Part shown: piece by piece, positions 37,789 to 45,706 of the stretch | Numbering within the stretch: the first letter of the stretch is position 1 | Layout of the letters: every line of letters begins with the position of its first letter | Virus record (IMG/VR): IMGVR_UViG_3300048995_000004 | Coordinates: 1 to 52,772 of that record | Length of the DNA: 52,772 nucleotides | Direction: 5' to 3' (one strand) | Origin: a virus | Lineage: Duplodnaviria; Caudoviricetes | Position numbers and translations under genes: made by a program | The notes under the pieces: generated by a model | What the model saw: only the letters and a program-made list of their open reading frames with translations | The model's database searches: none | What the model was told of the DNA's origin: nothing

Positions 37789-37844
37789 ACAGAACTCCAC
37801 ACGCCTCGCTGATCCATTTGCTGGATCGGCGGCCCGTGTGGAGT
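37789..37844. promoter_or_regulatory. Inverted pair of GTGTGGAGT boxes
   Basis: ACTCCACACG(37794-37803)/CGTGTGGAGT(37835-37844). Confidence 0.6.
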
Positions 37845-37859
37845 ACTGAAGCGGTGCGA

Positions 37860-38258
37860 TCAGGCTTGTGTACCCTGGGACGAAGCCAGGCTGGTTCCGT
37901 ACGCGTCGTGGGTGAACAGGTCGCAGTCCTCGGTGGCTCGGTGGTGATGGACGATGATCGTCAGCTCCGAGTCGTCCTTGATCTGCTTCCGACTCTGCTC
38001 GGCGACGACGTCCGGGTCGATGCCTGTGCCGACAGGCATGTCGTTGAAGACGTACTTGTGACGGTGCGCCGTGTAGCCGCCGACCTCGTGCTTGATCAGC
38101 TCGCCGGCCTTGAAGATGATGTCCGACGGGTGGATGCTGAGGTTGCTGGCGGCCTCCGGGTACAGGTTGTGAGCAGCCTCGAGCAGTGAGCCTGGGATCG
38201 TGGGAATCTGTTCGACCTTGTCGATGATCTGCTCCTCGATCGGCTTGTTGTCACTCAT
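37860..38258 (-). CDS. Hypothetical protein
   Basis: 132 aa, GGAGG SD. Confidence 0.75.
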   Translation of the reverse strand: MSDNKPIEEQIIDKVEQIPTIPGSLLEAAHNLYPEAASNLSIHPSDIIFKAGELIKHEVGGYTAHRHKYVFNDMPVGTGIDPDVVAEQSRKQIKDDSELTIIVHHHRATEDCDLFTHDAYGTSLASSQGTQA

Positions 38259-38556
38259 CCGACTTCTCCTCCGGCTTGGCGTCGACGTGCTCGAACGTGA
38301 CCTCGTAGCCGTTGTCGTCCCAGATGAGAGCCTCCGAGATGTCGAAGTCGCCGTTCTTGTAGTTCGCCGCGTCCTCCTCGGCCATCTGCTTCCCGGTCAG
38401 GGCGTTCAGCTGGTCGACCGTCCGCTCGTCCTGGTGGTCGATGTTGCCCGGGGCGAAGGAGTAGTTGATCCGCTCCGGCTGGTAGTACTTGGTGACGACG
38501 ATCTTGACGTAGCCGTCGGCGTGCTTGATCTCCGGCTCTCCGAGTGGTTGCGTCAT
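38251..38556 (-). CDS. Hypothetical protein
   Basis: ATGA-coupled; MTQPLGEPEIKH... Confidence 0.7.
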   Translation of the reverse strand: MTQPLGEPEIKHADGYVKIVVTKYYQPERINYSFAPGNIDHQDERTVDQLNALTGKQMAEEDAANYKNGDFDISEALIWDDNGYEVTFEHVDAKPEEKSDE

Positions 38557-38801
38557 GCCCAGACCCTTCCCGTGCTGTCCTTGTGCGTCTTGTGGTTCTT
38601 GGTCTTGCGGGTGCACTGCTGCGCCCAGCTCATGGTGACCGGGCGACCGTTCTTGCCCTTGGTGTCCATGTGCGTCGCCAGGCTGTGCGTACACGGCGAC
38701 TTGGTCGTCATGAGCACGAGCGAGCCGGTGTTCTTCTTGGCGTGGTACGGGAGGCTGCTACGACTCCCTCGCTCACGTCGCTTGGTGATGACCTTGCTCA
38801 T
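38553..38801 (-). CDS. Basic hypothetical protein (Cys/His)
   Basis: AAGGAGG SD, 82 aa. Confidence 0.7.
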   Translation of the reverse strand: MSKVITKRRERGSRSSLPYHAKKNTGSLVLMTTKSPCTHSLATHMDTKGKNGRPVTMSWAQQCTRKTKNHKTHKDSTGRVWA

Positions 38802-38813
38802 CGTGCCTCCTTG

Positions 38814-39062
38814 CTAGTAGCCGAGGTCCTTGAAGTTGTTGGCGAAGTCCTGGAGGGCGACCTGGACGTTGTCGATGAACATCTTCGTCTCGAGCATCGC
38901 GTACAGGACGGCGACGCAGGTGACGATCACGATGATGTACGTCGCCCACTGCATCGGGTGCAGCTTGCGTGCCCGATCACGCGGCGGAGCCTGCGCGGGT
39001 GTCTGGTAGGAGGGCATGGGCTGACGGGTGATACCGGCGTCGATCTTCTCGTCCTGGTTCAT
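38814..39062 (-). CDS. Single-TM membrane protein
   Basis: AAAGGA SD; YIIVIVTCVAVLYAM TM segment. Confidence 0.7.
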   Translation of the reverse strand: MNQDEKIDAGITRQPMPSYQTPAQAPPRDRARKLHPMQWATYIIVIVTCVAVLYAMLETKMFIDNVQVALQDFANNFKDLGY

Positions 39063-39064
39063 GT

Positions 39065-40576
39065 CTAGCGTCCTTTCGGGGGGTTGAGTACTTGCTTGAG
39101 CCATTCCCACTTCAGCTCGATGCGTTCGTTCCGTTCTCTGTCGACAGTGTCTCGTGCAACGAGACGGATGTAGGTACAGGCGTTCTTCTGTCCCAGACGG
39201 TGAATCCGATCCTCAGCCTGTTGGTTCTTCGTGGGGCTCCAATCCCAGTCCAGGAAAATAGCTGTCGAAGCAGCAGTGAGGGTGATACCGACCCCACCCG
39301 CCTTGATAGTACTGACGAAGACACGAGTGGTGCCGGATTGGAACTCCGATACCGCCAGATCACGATTTTTCTGTGTCGTGTCTCCAGTGAGAACGCTTGT
39401 AGGTACCCCTGAAGCCTGAAGCCTCTTCGCCAGTAGGTTGATGGCCTGTTTCGATTGACCAAAAACGACGACCGATCCATTGGTTTCCTCAATGAGATCT
39501 ATGGCCGCGTCGAGCTTCGAGCTCGGCTCGGTCAGTACTAGTTGATAGTATTCCTCCTTGTAGGTGCCATCCCCCGTGTCCTCGCCCTTGCTTCGCATGT
39601 AGGCGAGTTGGTATTCGCTGTACTTCCTCGTGCGAACCATCTTCTGCATCTCACCGTATGCGACGGCGAACTGCTGTAGCCGCACGAGCTTCGCGATGAC
39701 ACTCTGGGCCGCAAGGGGCTGGTCTTCGTTCTGACCGACCCAAGTCAGCATGTCGTTGCGCATCATGTCGTACGTTCTACGCTGCTGCGGATGGAGATTG
39801 ACGGGCAAGTCCTGATAGGTCTTCTCCGGTAGGTCTTCCCAGACGTCGACCTTCAGACGTCGTAGGTAGCCTTTGCCCATCGAGTCCCAGATGGCCTGAG
39901 GATCTGCGAAGCCGCACTGCTTCGTGATCGTCTTCAGGACACCCTTGACGTACACCTCTTCCTGCTTGAGGAGCACTGCGCCGTTGAAGAACCGCCAGTA
40001 GCTGCTGTAGTAGTCCGGCCAGAGCCAGTTCAGGACCGACCACGCGTCAGCAGGGAGGTTGTCCGCCCATGTGCCACTGAGGCCTGTCTTGTAGTACGTC
40101 TTCAGCTTCTTGAAGGCCTGCGTCTGCTGAGCCTTCCGGTTCTTGATGTTCTGGATCTCGTCGCCGATCACGTGGAACCAGTCGACCTGTCGAAGATCCT
40201 CGGCGATGAAGCGAAGCACCTGCCAGTGGCAGATGAAAATATGCCACTCCGGATTGCCCTTCGCGTCTCTCGCTGTCAGAGCCTTCTTGAACTTGTCCCG
40301 GTTCTTCCTGTCGATCACCATAACCTTGAGCCAAGGTGCCCAGTCCTTATAGTGCTTCTCCCATCCACCCATGACACTTGTCTGGGTGACGATCAACGTC
40401 TGCGCTGTGTAGTCGCACTGGTGCTTGCGACGACGGAAGGAGTCCAGGACGATAGCCTCGACAGTCTTGCCGAGACCCATCTCGTCCCCGATTAGGGCTG
40501 ACTTGTCACCTGTCTCACGTTCGTGCATCTCCAGCTGCTGGAGACCGTCGGCCTGAAACTTGAACAGCTTACCCAC
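39065..40576 (-). CDS. SNF2-family helicase
   Basis: DEMGLGKT, DEIQ, LSGT, GGVGITLT, QAEDRIHRLGQ; GGAGG SD favours GTG 40576 (the ORF is open to 40666). Confidence 0.92.
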   Translation of the reverse strand: MGKLFKFQADGLQQLEMHERETGDKSALIGDEMGLGKTVEAIVLDSFRRRKHQCDYTAQTLIVTQTSVMGGWEKHYKDWAPWLKVMVIDRKNRDKFKKALTARDAKGNPEWHIFICHWQVLRFIAEDLRQVDWFHVIGDEIQNIKNRKAQQTQAFKKLKTYYKTGLSGTWADNLPADAWSVLNWLWPDYYSSYWRFFNGAVLLKQEEVYVKGVLKTITKQCGFADPQAIWDSMGKGYLRRLKVDVWEDLPEKTYQDLPVNLHPQQRRTYDMMRNDMLTWVGQNEDQPLAAQSVIAKLVRLQQFAVAYGEMQKMVRTRKYSEYQLAYMRSKGEDTGDGTYKEEYYQLVLTEPSSKLDAAIDLIEETNGSVVVFGQSKQAINLLAKRLQASGVPTSVLTGDTTQKNRDLAVSEFQSGTTRVFVSTIKAGGVGITLTAASTAIFLDWDWSPTKNQQAEDRIHRLGQKNACTYIRLVARDTVDRERNERIELKWEWLKQVLNPPKGR

Positions 40577-40754
40577 GATGCCTCCGAATCTCATGGCTCG
40601 AGTGACGACAGCCGTCACGGTGACATAGTCCTGCTCGGTGGTCCTGATCGAATCGGATCTGGTCATCGATCATGAACATCGTGAGGATACCAAGCCCAAT
40701 CCAAGCGAACCAGACGAAGACCACGATGCCCAGATCGATTAGCACCAAAATCAC
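40569..40754 (-). CDS. Small membrane protein
   Basis: Hydrophobic N-terminal half; GTGA-coupled. Confidence 0.55.
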   Translation of the reverse strand: MILVLIDLGIVVFVWFAWIGLGILTMFMIDDQIRFDQDHRAGLCHRDGCRHSSHEIRRHRG

Positions 40755-40873
40755 CTCTGATCCTTGTCGAGTGGGTCGTCCTTAGGATCTCTCCAGACGA
40801 CCACGAAGGCCGCCAGGAGCAGAAGGGCGACTAGGACGAAGCTTCCGATGATGTACCAGAAGTTGCCACTCAT
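40751..40873 (-). CDS. Small membrane peptide (40 aa; not in the ORF track)
   Basis: MSGNFWYIIGSFVLVALLLLAAFVVVWRDPK...; coupled at both ends. Confidence 0.6.
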   Translation of the reverse strand: MSGNFWYIIGSFVLVALLLLAAFVVVWRDPKDDPLDKDQR

Positions 40874-41130
40874 GAGCACCACCTACATCGTTCGCGTGGA
40901 CCGTATTTCTGCCTGAGCTCCCCGTAGTTGAGCCACCACTTCTGTGCGTCCTCGTACGTAAGCAGTGCCAGAAACTTCGGAGAGTTGGAGTGCCCGCACT
41001 TGGCAACGATGCGTAGGACCAGAAATCGTTGCTGTCGTATGAGCTGAGTCGCTTCGTGGTCGACCTCGTGGATCACTGTCGCACTTCTGTTCGTGCTGGT
41101 GAACCAGTCAAACACGATTAGCCTGGGCAC
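40870..41130 (-). CDS. Hypothetical protein
   Basis: GGAGG SD, 86 aa. Confidence 0.6.
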   Translation of the reverse strand: MPRLIVFDWFTSTNRSATVIHEVDHEATQLIRQQRFLVLRIVAKCGHSNSPKFLALLTYEDAQKWWLNYGELRQKYGPRERCRWCS

Positions 41131-41383
41131 CTCCCACCTCCTTCGTGTCTAGGACGTCTCCGGTCTTCTTACAGTACCAGTGGATGTAGCTCTTGCCGTT
41201 GTACCTCTCTGGCGTGAAGCCTAACTCCTTGGACATGTAGCCGTGACGTAGTTTATGATAACCACACCACACGCCGTCTGCCTTCAGAGCGTTGCCTTCA
41301 CCTGTCCAGTCAGCTCCCTGGTGCTTCTTCCTGCGCCTGTAGGGCTTGACGGGCTCTCTCGGACCTGTAGGGCTCTCTGTCAT
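41108..41383 (-). CDS. Hypothetical protein (Cys/His)
   Basis: AGGAG SD, 91 aa. Confidence 0.65.
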   Translation of the reverse strand: MTESPTGPREPVKPYRRRKKHQGADWTGEGNALKADGVWCGYHKLRHGYMSKELGFTPERYNGKSYIHWYCKKTGDVLDTKEVGGAQANRV

Positions 41384-41418
41384 CCGGATCTCCTGTACAG
41401 AGGTACGAGCCTAGGCTG

Positions 41419-41682
41419 TCACTCGTGTACGGGTGACTCGGATGCCTCTCCTTCTTCGGACAGAGGCCCTTTCTTGAACCCGAAGTACTCATCGGCTGCA
41501 TCCACTTCCACACAAGGCCTCCCGCATTCACATCTGGTCCGTTCGAGCTTGCCGTTGCGGATCGCCCCGTAGACCTTCTGCGGATAGATGCCACGAAGCC
41601 TGGCGTACTGGATAGGCGGCAGCTTAGTCGCTCCATCCCATTCGTCCAGCTCCATTTGCTTGATGACATCGTCGATTGCCAT
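41419..41682 (-). CDS. Excisionase/MerR-like HTH DNA-binding protein
   Basis: 'PIQYARLRGIYPQKVYGAIRNGKL' winged-HTH pattern. Confidence 0.7.
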   Translation of the reverse strand: MAIDDVIKQMELDEWDGATKLPPIQYARLRGIYPQKVYGAIRNGKLERTRCECGRPCVEVDAADEYFGFKKGPLSEEGEASESPVHE

Positions 41683-41711
41683 GTTAGCTCTTCTCGTTTT
41701 CTCGTTTCTAC

Positions 41712-41815
41712 GTGACGTTTCTAACCGCTCTCTAAACGGTTAGCAGCTAGGTTAGACCTGATGACTTCGTGGGTCTCGTACCTCTGTGACCCGCTTTAGA
41801 CCGAGCGGTTAGACT
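41712..41815. repeat. TTAGA/TCTAA phased-box element, copy C (inverted relative to A and B)
   Basis: The - strand reads CGGGTC..AGACC..CGAAGTCAT..GGTCTAACC..TGCTAAC..TTAGAGAGC..TTAGA, collinear with copy B. Confidence 0.85.
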
Positions 41816-42032
41816 CAATCGTCAGCTGCTCCTTTCGAGACAGGTACTCCACAAGGATCGTGAGGATCCCGATGGTGAGGAAGACGCCGTCGAGTAGCCC
41901 TAGGAAGTAGGCCGACCACTTGCTGTACTCAGCGAGCGTCAGCAGTACCGACGTAAGGATCGGACCCAGCACCAGCACGACCGTACCGAAGATGTAGCCG
42001 TTGCGCAGCCACTTCTTGAATCGTGTCCTCAT
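41796..42032 (-). CDS. Two-TM membrane protein
   Basis: 78 aa, two hydrophobic segments. Confidence 0.65.
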   Translation of the reverse strand: MRTRFKKWLRNGYIFGTVVLVLGPILTSVLLTLAEYSKWSAYFLGLLDGVFLTIGILTILVEYLSRKEQLTIESNRSV

Positions 42033-42361
42033 CGCATCCCTCTGATCTCGTAGCCGGGCCGCTGCTCGGCCTCGACCTGCATGGCCACCAGGTCACGCAT
42101 CCGCTGCTTCTCTTCCCAGCTGATCCGCGACTTGGAGAAGTTCTTGTCCCGAGTGGTCGGGTCGACCTTGTCGGGGATGCTGCCGTCCGCTCGCGTCTGG
42201 ACGATCCAGCCCAGGCCGTTGTACTCGCACCGCTCGTTCGGGCACGAGAGCGTGATCATCTGCCCACCACCCTCGAGCCTGGGGATCTGCTTGCGACTGG
42301 TGACCTTGCCAGTCAGCCCGTCTGCGGGGCACGCCGAGGCTTCGTCCCACGAAGTGCTCAT
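42029..42361 (-). CDS. Putative Zn-ribbon protein
   Basis: CP..G / CPNERC; ATGA-coupled. Confidence 0.65.
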   Translation of the reverse strand: MSTSWDEASACPADGLTGKVTSRKQIPRLEGGGQMITLSCPNERCEYNGLGWIVQTRADGSIPDKVDPTTRDKNFSKSRISWEEKQRMRDLVAMQVEAEQRPGYEIRGMR

Positions 42362-42597
42362 CCGAAGATGATCCATGTCATGAGTACGAACATGCCACAG
42401 ACGATCACGGCGATGGTGATGCTCTGAAAGGTCTCCAGTGCCGGTGACTTGAAGTGCCTGGCACGCTTGGTGTAGTCGGCGACCTGCTCCTCGAGCGTGT
42501 CGACTCGCGTGAGCAAGTCCTGGATCTCTGCGGCCATGTCTTCCGGGTTGGTTGACACGTTGTCGGTGTAGGGCTTGAAGCCCTCAGGCATCGTCAC
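42358..42597 (-). CDS. Coiled-coil plus C-terminal TM protein
   Basis: 79 aa. Confidence 0.65.
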   Translation of the reverse strand: MTMPEGFKPYTDNVSTNPEDMAAEIQDLLTRVDTLEEQVADYTKRARHFKSPALETFQSITIAVIVCGMFVLMTWIIFG

Positions 42598-42833
42598 TTG
42601 TAGAACCTCGCCAGCTTGCGCTTGCCGTGGTGCTCGAAGAGCGGGAAGCAGGTCTCGATCGACACCGTCCGCTCCTGGTGGTTCGCCGGCATCGCGAAGC
42701 CGATCTGAACCGAGTTCATGTTGGTGTTCAACTGCCCGGCTCGCTGCACGAACGAACGGTCTCGCTTCTGCCGCTGCTTCTCACCCCGCTTGGCGTACCT
42801 GGCCTTGTACTCCTCGGCCGTCGTGACTCTCAT
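42594..42833 (-). CDS. Basic hypothetical protein
   Basis: MRVTTAEEYK..., coupled. Confidence 0.65.
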   Translation of the reverse strand: MRVTTAEEYKARYAKRGEKQRQKRDRSFVQRAGQLNTNMNSVQIGFAMPANHQERTVSIETCFPLFEHHGKRKLARFYK

Positions 42834-43318
42834 CGTGCCCCTACCTTCCTCTCGAGCACCTGGATGCGGCGCTCTTGCGACTCCTGCGTGTCCTGGAGGC
42901 CACTGACCAGCTTCATGAGGTCGTTGACTCGCTGCTCCAGGACGTTGGTCTTGCCCTTGGGCCGGTGCTTCCGGTTGATGATCGCGTTGAAGTCCTCCTC
43001 GGTCGGCTCCTTGCAGAGCTGCCACTTGGACAACGCGACGCCACCGCCCCGGCGGATCTGCACGAGGCATCCCATGTCCTTGAGGACCTGGATGATCTTC
43101 GTGTAGTAGGGGTTGGCTACGCCCAGATCGGAGAACAGCCGAGTGAGGTGACCCTCGTACACGGTGATCTGCAGGTTCGGGTCCACCTGGAGACCATGCA
43201 TGTTCGGGTCCTCGACGGTCGCGACCGATTCCGTCCTACTGCGACTCCCCATCTCTTTGTACACGCGCGCTGCGTGCTCGAAGAGTGCCGGAGTCACCTC
43301 CGCTTCTGTGTCACTCAC
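42830..43318 (-). CDS. Hypothetical protein (possible winged helix plus coiled coil)
   Basis: 162 aa; 'YYTKIIQVLKDMGCLVQIRRGGG'. Confidence 0.75.
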   Translation of the reverse strand: MSDTEAEVTPALFEHAARVYKEMGSRSRTESVATVEDPNMHGLQVDPNLQITVYEGHLTRLFSDLGVANPYYTKIIQVLKDMGCLVQIRRGGGVALSKWQLCKEPTEEDFNAIINRKHRPKGKTNVLEQRVNDLMKLVSGLQDTQESQERRIQVLERKVGAR

Positions 43319-43514
43319 AGTCTCGCTCCAGATACTCTTTGAGGCCTTCCATGGCCTTGATGTCTTCGAACGTCTCAGCCGTGGCAGTGAGCAGTGCTTC
43401 CGGCGACGTATACGTTTCGTCGGAGGCCTGGTCGGCTACCATCTCGTTAGTTGCAACGAGCCACTCATCAGTGATACGGGTGAGACGCGGCCTATCTAGA
43501 CCGTCTCTCTTCAT
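43311..43514 (-). CDS. Possible short ORF or structured leader
   Basis: 67-aa ORF, but its ATG lies only 2 nt from a -10 box; the region is hairpin-rich. Confidence 0.35.
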   Translation of the reverse strand: MKRDGLDRPRLTRITDEWLVATNEMVADQASDETYTSPEALLTATAETFEDIKAMEGLKEYLERDCE

Positions 43515-43516
43515 CT

Positions 43517-43546
43517 ATTATACCCTAGTTCCACTGTGGAAGTCAC
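43517..43546 (-). promoter_or_regulatory. sigma70-type promoter
   Basis: GTGACT-N18-TATAAT. Confidence 0.6.
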
Positions 43547-43575
43547 GATGTTACATTGGTAAACATTTGACACCT

Positions 43576-43625
43576 AAAAGGAAAGCCCACCAGCCGCCGA
43601 ACGGGGGACGAGAACTGGTGGGCTT
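43576..43625 (-). terminator. Intrinsic terminator
   Basis: 11-bp stem AAGCCCACCAG/CTGGTGGGCTT followed by TCCTTTT on the - strand. Confidence 0.75.
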
Positions 43626-43676
43626 CCCTGGACAGTAGCACCGCATGTAAATCCATGCGACGTGGTTTGACCCGTG

Positions 43677-44216
43677 CTACTCCGCCTCGGTGACCTCGAC
43701 GGCCTCGGCCGGCGTGTCGGTGACCGCGGTCTCGCCCTTGCTGGCCTTCTCGGCCTTCGCCGCCGCAGCGGCCGCCTTGGCGTCCTTGCCGGCCTTGACC
43801 CGCAGGTCCTTCTCGTCCCACCAGGCGAGCGCGGCGTCGTTGTCCACGACCGCGGCGCGGCCCTCGGCCGACACGGCGGGGAAGGGGTTCTTGGAGCCGG
43901 CGGCGTTGTTCTTGATGTAGCTGTACACGACCTGCGGCGCGACGGACTCGTTCTCGCCCTTGCGGACGCCGAGGGTCGGGTGCTCCTTGCGCAGGTGCTC
44001 GGTCAGGTTCTTCGCGAACTGGACCGGCGACACCTTGCCCTCGGGAACCGGCGGGCGGGTGTTCTTCGGCTCCTTGGCGGTCTTCTCGTCGGCCTTGGCA
44101 CCCTCGATCGGGGCCGCCGGCGCGTCCTCGGCGTCGCTCGCGGCGGGGGCGTCGACGTCGAAGTCGATCGCGACGGCCGGCTCGTCGAAGGTCGGGGTCT
44201 CGGTGGTGTTCGTCAT
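43677..44216 (-). CDS. Ala/Lys/Glu-rich protein with an HTH-like core, probably highly expressed
   Basis: Own promoter and terminator, extreme codon bias, AAGGAG SD (alternative leaderless ATG at 44261); 'SPVQFAK..VAPQVVYSYIKN'. Confidence 0.8.
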   Translation of the reverse strand: MTNTTETPTFDEPAVAIDFDVDAPAASDAEDAPAAPIEGAKADEKTAKEPKNTRPPVPEGKVSPVQFAKNLTEHLRKEHPTLGVRKGENESVAPQVVYSYIKNNAAGSKNPFPAVSAEGRAAVVDNDAALAWWDEKDLRVKAGKDAKAAAAAAKAEKASKGETAVTDTPAEAVEVTEAE

Positions 44217-44266
44217 CTCGGTGGTCTCCTTGGTGGTCTGATTGCGTCGTCGTCCGGGCATGATTA

Positions 44267-44295
44267 ATTATACCTCGTCTCTGTTTGACTTACAC
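44267..44295 (-). promoter_or_regulatory. sigma70-type promoter
   Basis: GTGTAA-N17-TATAAT. Confidence 0.6.
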
Positions 44296-44320
44296 GGGGT
44301 TGATCAAGATCTTTTCGAAC

Positions 44321-44605
44321 TTACCCCTGAGTAACGGTGTACTCGGTGAGGCCGAAGCGCTCGACCTGGCGCTCGAAGTGCTCCCAGGGGTACTGGTTGC
44401 TCCACGCGTTACCTCGGAGCATGTAGATCTGCTTGCGGGCCTCGTTGAACGTGCCGTGGAACTTCATGTAGCGGTTCCGCAGCGGCTGTCCGGCGTGGTC
44501 GGTGTGGTCGTAGCCGAAGGTGAAGTACCAGTCCTGCGGCTCCGTACCGTTCTCCTTGTCCTCGGCGATTGCCTCGTCGAAGATCTGCTCTGTCTCGCGG
44601 TCCAT
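44321..44605 (-). CDS. Hypothetical protein
   Basis: 94 aa; 'WYFTFG', 'WSNQY'. Confidence 0.75.
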   Translation of the reverse strand: MDRETEQIFDEAIAEDKENGTEPQDWYFTFGYDHTDHAGQPLRNRYMKFHGTFNEARKQIYMLRGNAWSNQYPWEHFERQVERFGLTEYTVTQG

Positions 44606-44853
44606 CAGCCGTTCCCCCTGATGCAGTCGTAGGCGTACCGGGGCAGGGCGTAGAAGAGCATCAGCACGACGACCTGGAACATCGTCTTCTTCTTGCCGCA
44701 GCCCTTGTCGTTGCCTCCGCCACCTCCTCCGGTGGAGCCGTTCTTCGGGCTCCCGGTCTTCTTGCCACCGGTCGTCGCCTGACGTCCAGAGGCAGGACCG
44801 ATTCCTCCTCGGCCGATACGACCGGGTGGCCGTCCGCCCTTGGGTCGGGTCAT
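44605..44853 (-). CDS. Gly/basic-rich protein with C-terminal hydrophobic segment
   Basis: AGGAGG SD, 82 aa. Confidence 0.7.
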   Translation of the reverse strand: MTRPKGGRPPGRIGRGGIGPASGRQATTGGKKTGSPKNGSTGGGGGGNDKGCGKKKTMFQVVVLMLFYALPRYAYDCIRGNG

Positions 44854-44884
44854 CTCTTACCTCCTAGCTTTGCGCTCTACATTA

Positions 44885-44914
44885 ATTCTAGCAGAGGTCC
44901 TGCGAACCCTTCAA
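44885..44914 (-). promoter_or_regulatory. sigma70-type promoter
   Basis: TTGAAG-N18-TAGAAT. Confidence 0.6.
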
Positions 44915-45339
44915 GAGGCACTTGAAGAATTTTTTGTGAGCGGACATTGGTCGTCCGGGCACTGAGGACTGTCGTGGTCGACCTCGGGCGGCGGGTCCTT
45001 GATGGTCTCCGTCGCACTCGGGACAGGATTTGCTGTCGCGCGAGGCTCTTCAGACGGTTCCGAAGGCGTTACTTCCTCCAGAACACGTACCTTCGAAGAG
45101 CTCTTCTCCGTCTGCAAGCGCCCGTGTGGAGTCTTGGTCCGCTGCTTCGGGGCAGGGTAAACAGGGGTAGGGATGACCTTCGTACGGTTCCCATAGTCCT
45201 GAATCACCCCAGGCGTACTTGGCGTAGTCGTGGGCGTCCAATCGGTCTTGGATGCTCCGATTGCCATACCAACGCCGACAGCAGGCACGAGCCCGACACC
45301 GACGATGGCTCCGAAGAGGGTCTTCGGTGTTAGTCTCAT
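44911..45339 (-). CDS. Membrane-anchored/secreted Pro/Thr-rich protein
   Basis: AAAGGAGG SD; N-terminal hydrophobic helix. Confidence 0.7.
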   Translation of the reverse strand: MRLTPKTLFGAIVGVGLVPAVGVGMAIGASKTDWTPTTTPSTPGVIQDYGNRTKVIPTPVYPAPKQRTKTPHGRLQTEKSSSKVRVLEEVTPSEPSEEPRATANPVPSATETIKDPPPEVDHDSPQCPDDQCPLTKNSSSAS

Positions 45340-45426
45340 GTCTACCTCCTTTGTGACGGTTACGTATGGCTGTGCGTCGTACGTTGTACACAGCAGAACA
45401 GATACCAACCGACAAGCTACTGTCAG

Positions 45427-45502
45427 AAACCCCGGCAGGATTCGAACCTGCACTTCCTTCAACCGTCCATTTACGGTGGTGTGCTAGCACACACGCGGGG
45501 CC
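45427..45502 (-). ncRNA. tRNA-like element 1 (non-canonical)
   Basis: Acceptor GGCCCCG/CGGGGTT, T-arm GCAGG-TTCGAAT-CCTGC, anticodon-arm-like ACCGT-AAATGG-ACGGT with a 6-nt loop, no D-loop GG, no CCA; 76 nt. Confidence 0.6.
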
Positions 45503-45532
45503 CGGCAGCATGGGAGCGGAGGCTCCCTGCGC

Positions 45533-45706
45533 CTAGTGAAGCTGTCTGTTCGATCCTCCGCCATGCTTACTGGCATCGAACAGTGTATCGCCGTATTCCT
45601 CCAGTAGTTCGCCCAACTGCTTGTTGCGTGACGTCATGCTGTACATACCGTTGTCTTCGATACGTACCACGAGATGGTCTTGCACCAGTTCGTCGAGCTC
45701 GTCCAT
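45533..45706 (-). CDS. Hypothetical protein (57 aa)
   Basis: TGATG-coupled; MDELDELVQDH... Confidence 0.55.
   Translation of the reverse strand: MDELDELVQDHLVVRIEDNGMYSMTSRNKQLGELLEEYGDTLFDASKHGGGSNRQLH

Noticed and set aside
1624-40576. Introns or inteins in terminase, polymerase, primase or helicase
   Set aside because: All are uninterrupted, of normal length, and lack splice-junction motifs
41419-41682. Lysogeny module implied by the excisionase-like gene
   Set aside because: No integrase, ParA or CI-like repressor recognised anywhere; the lifestyle is most likely lytic, though a divergent system cannot be excluded
744-41815. Repeats interpreted as a CRISPR or mini-CRISPR array, or as IS ends
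   Set aside because: No repeat-spacer periodicity, no transposase and no target duplications; the exonuclease at 35285 sits in a recombination module
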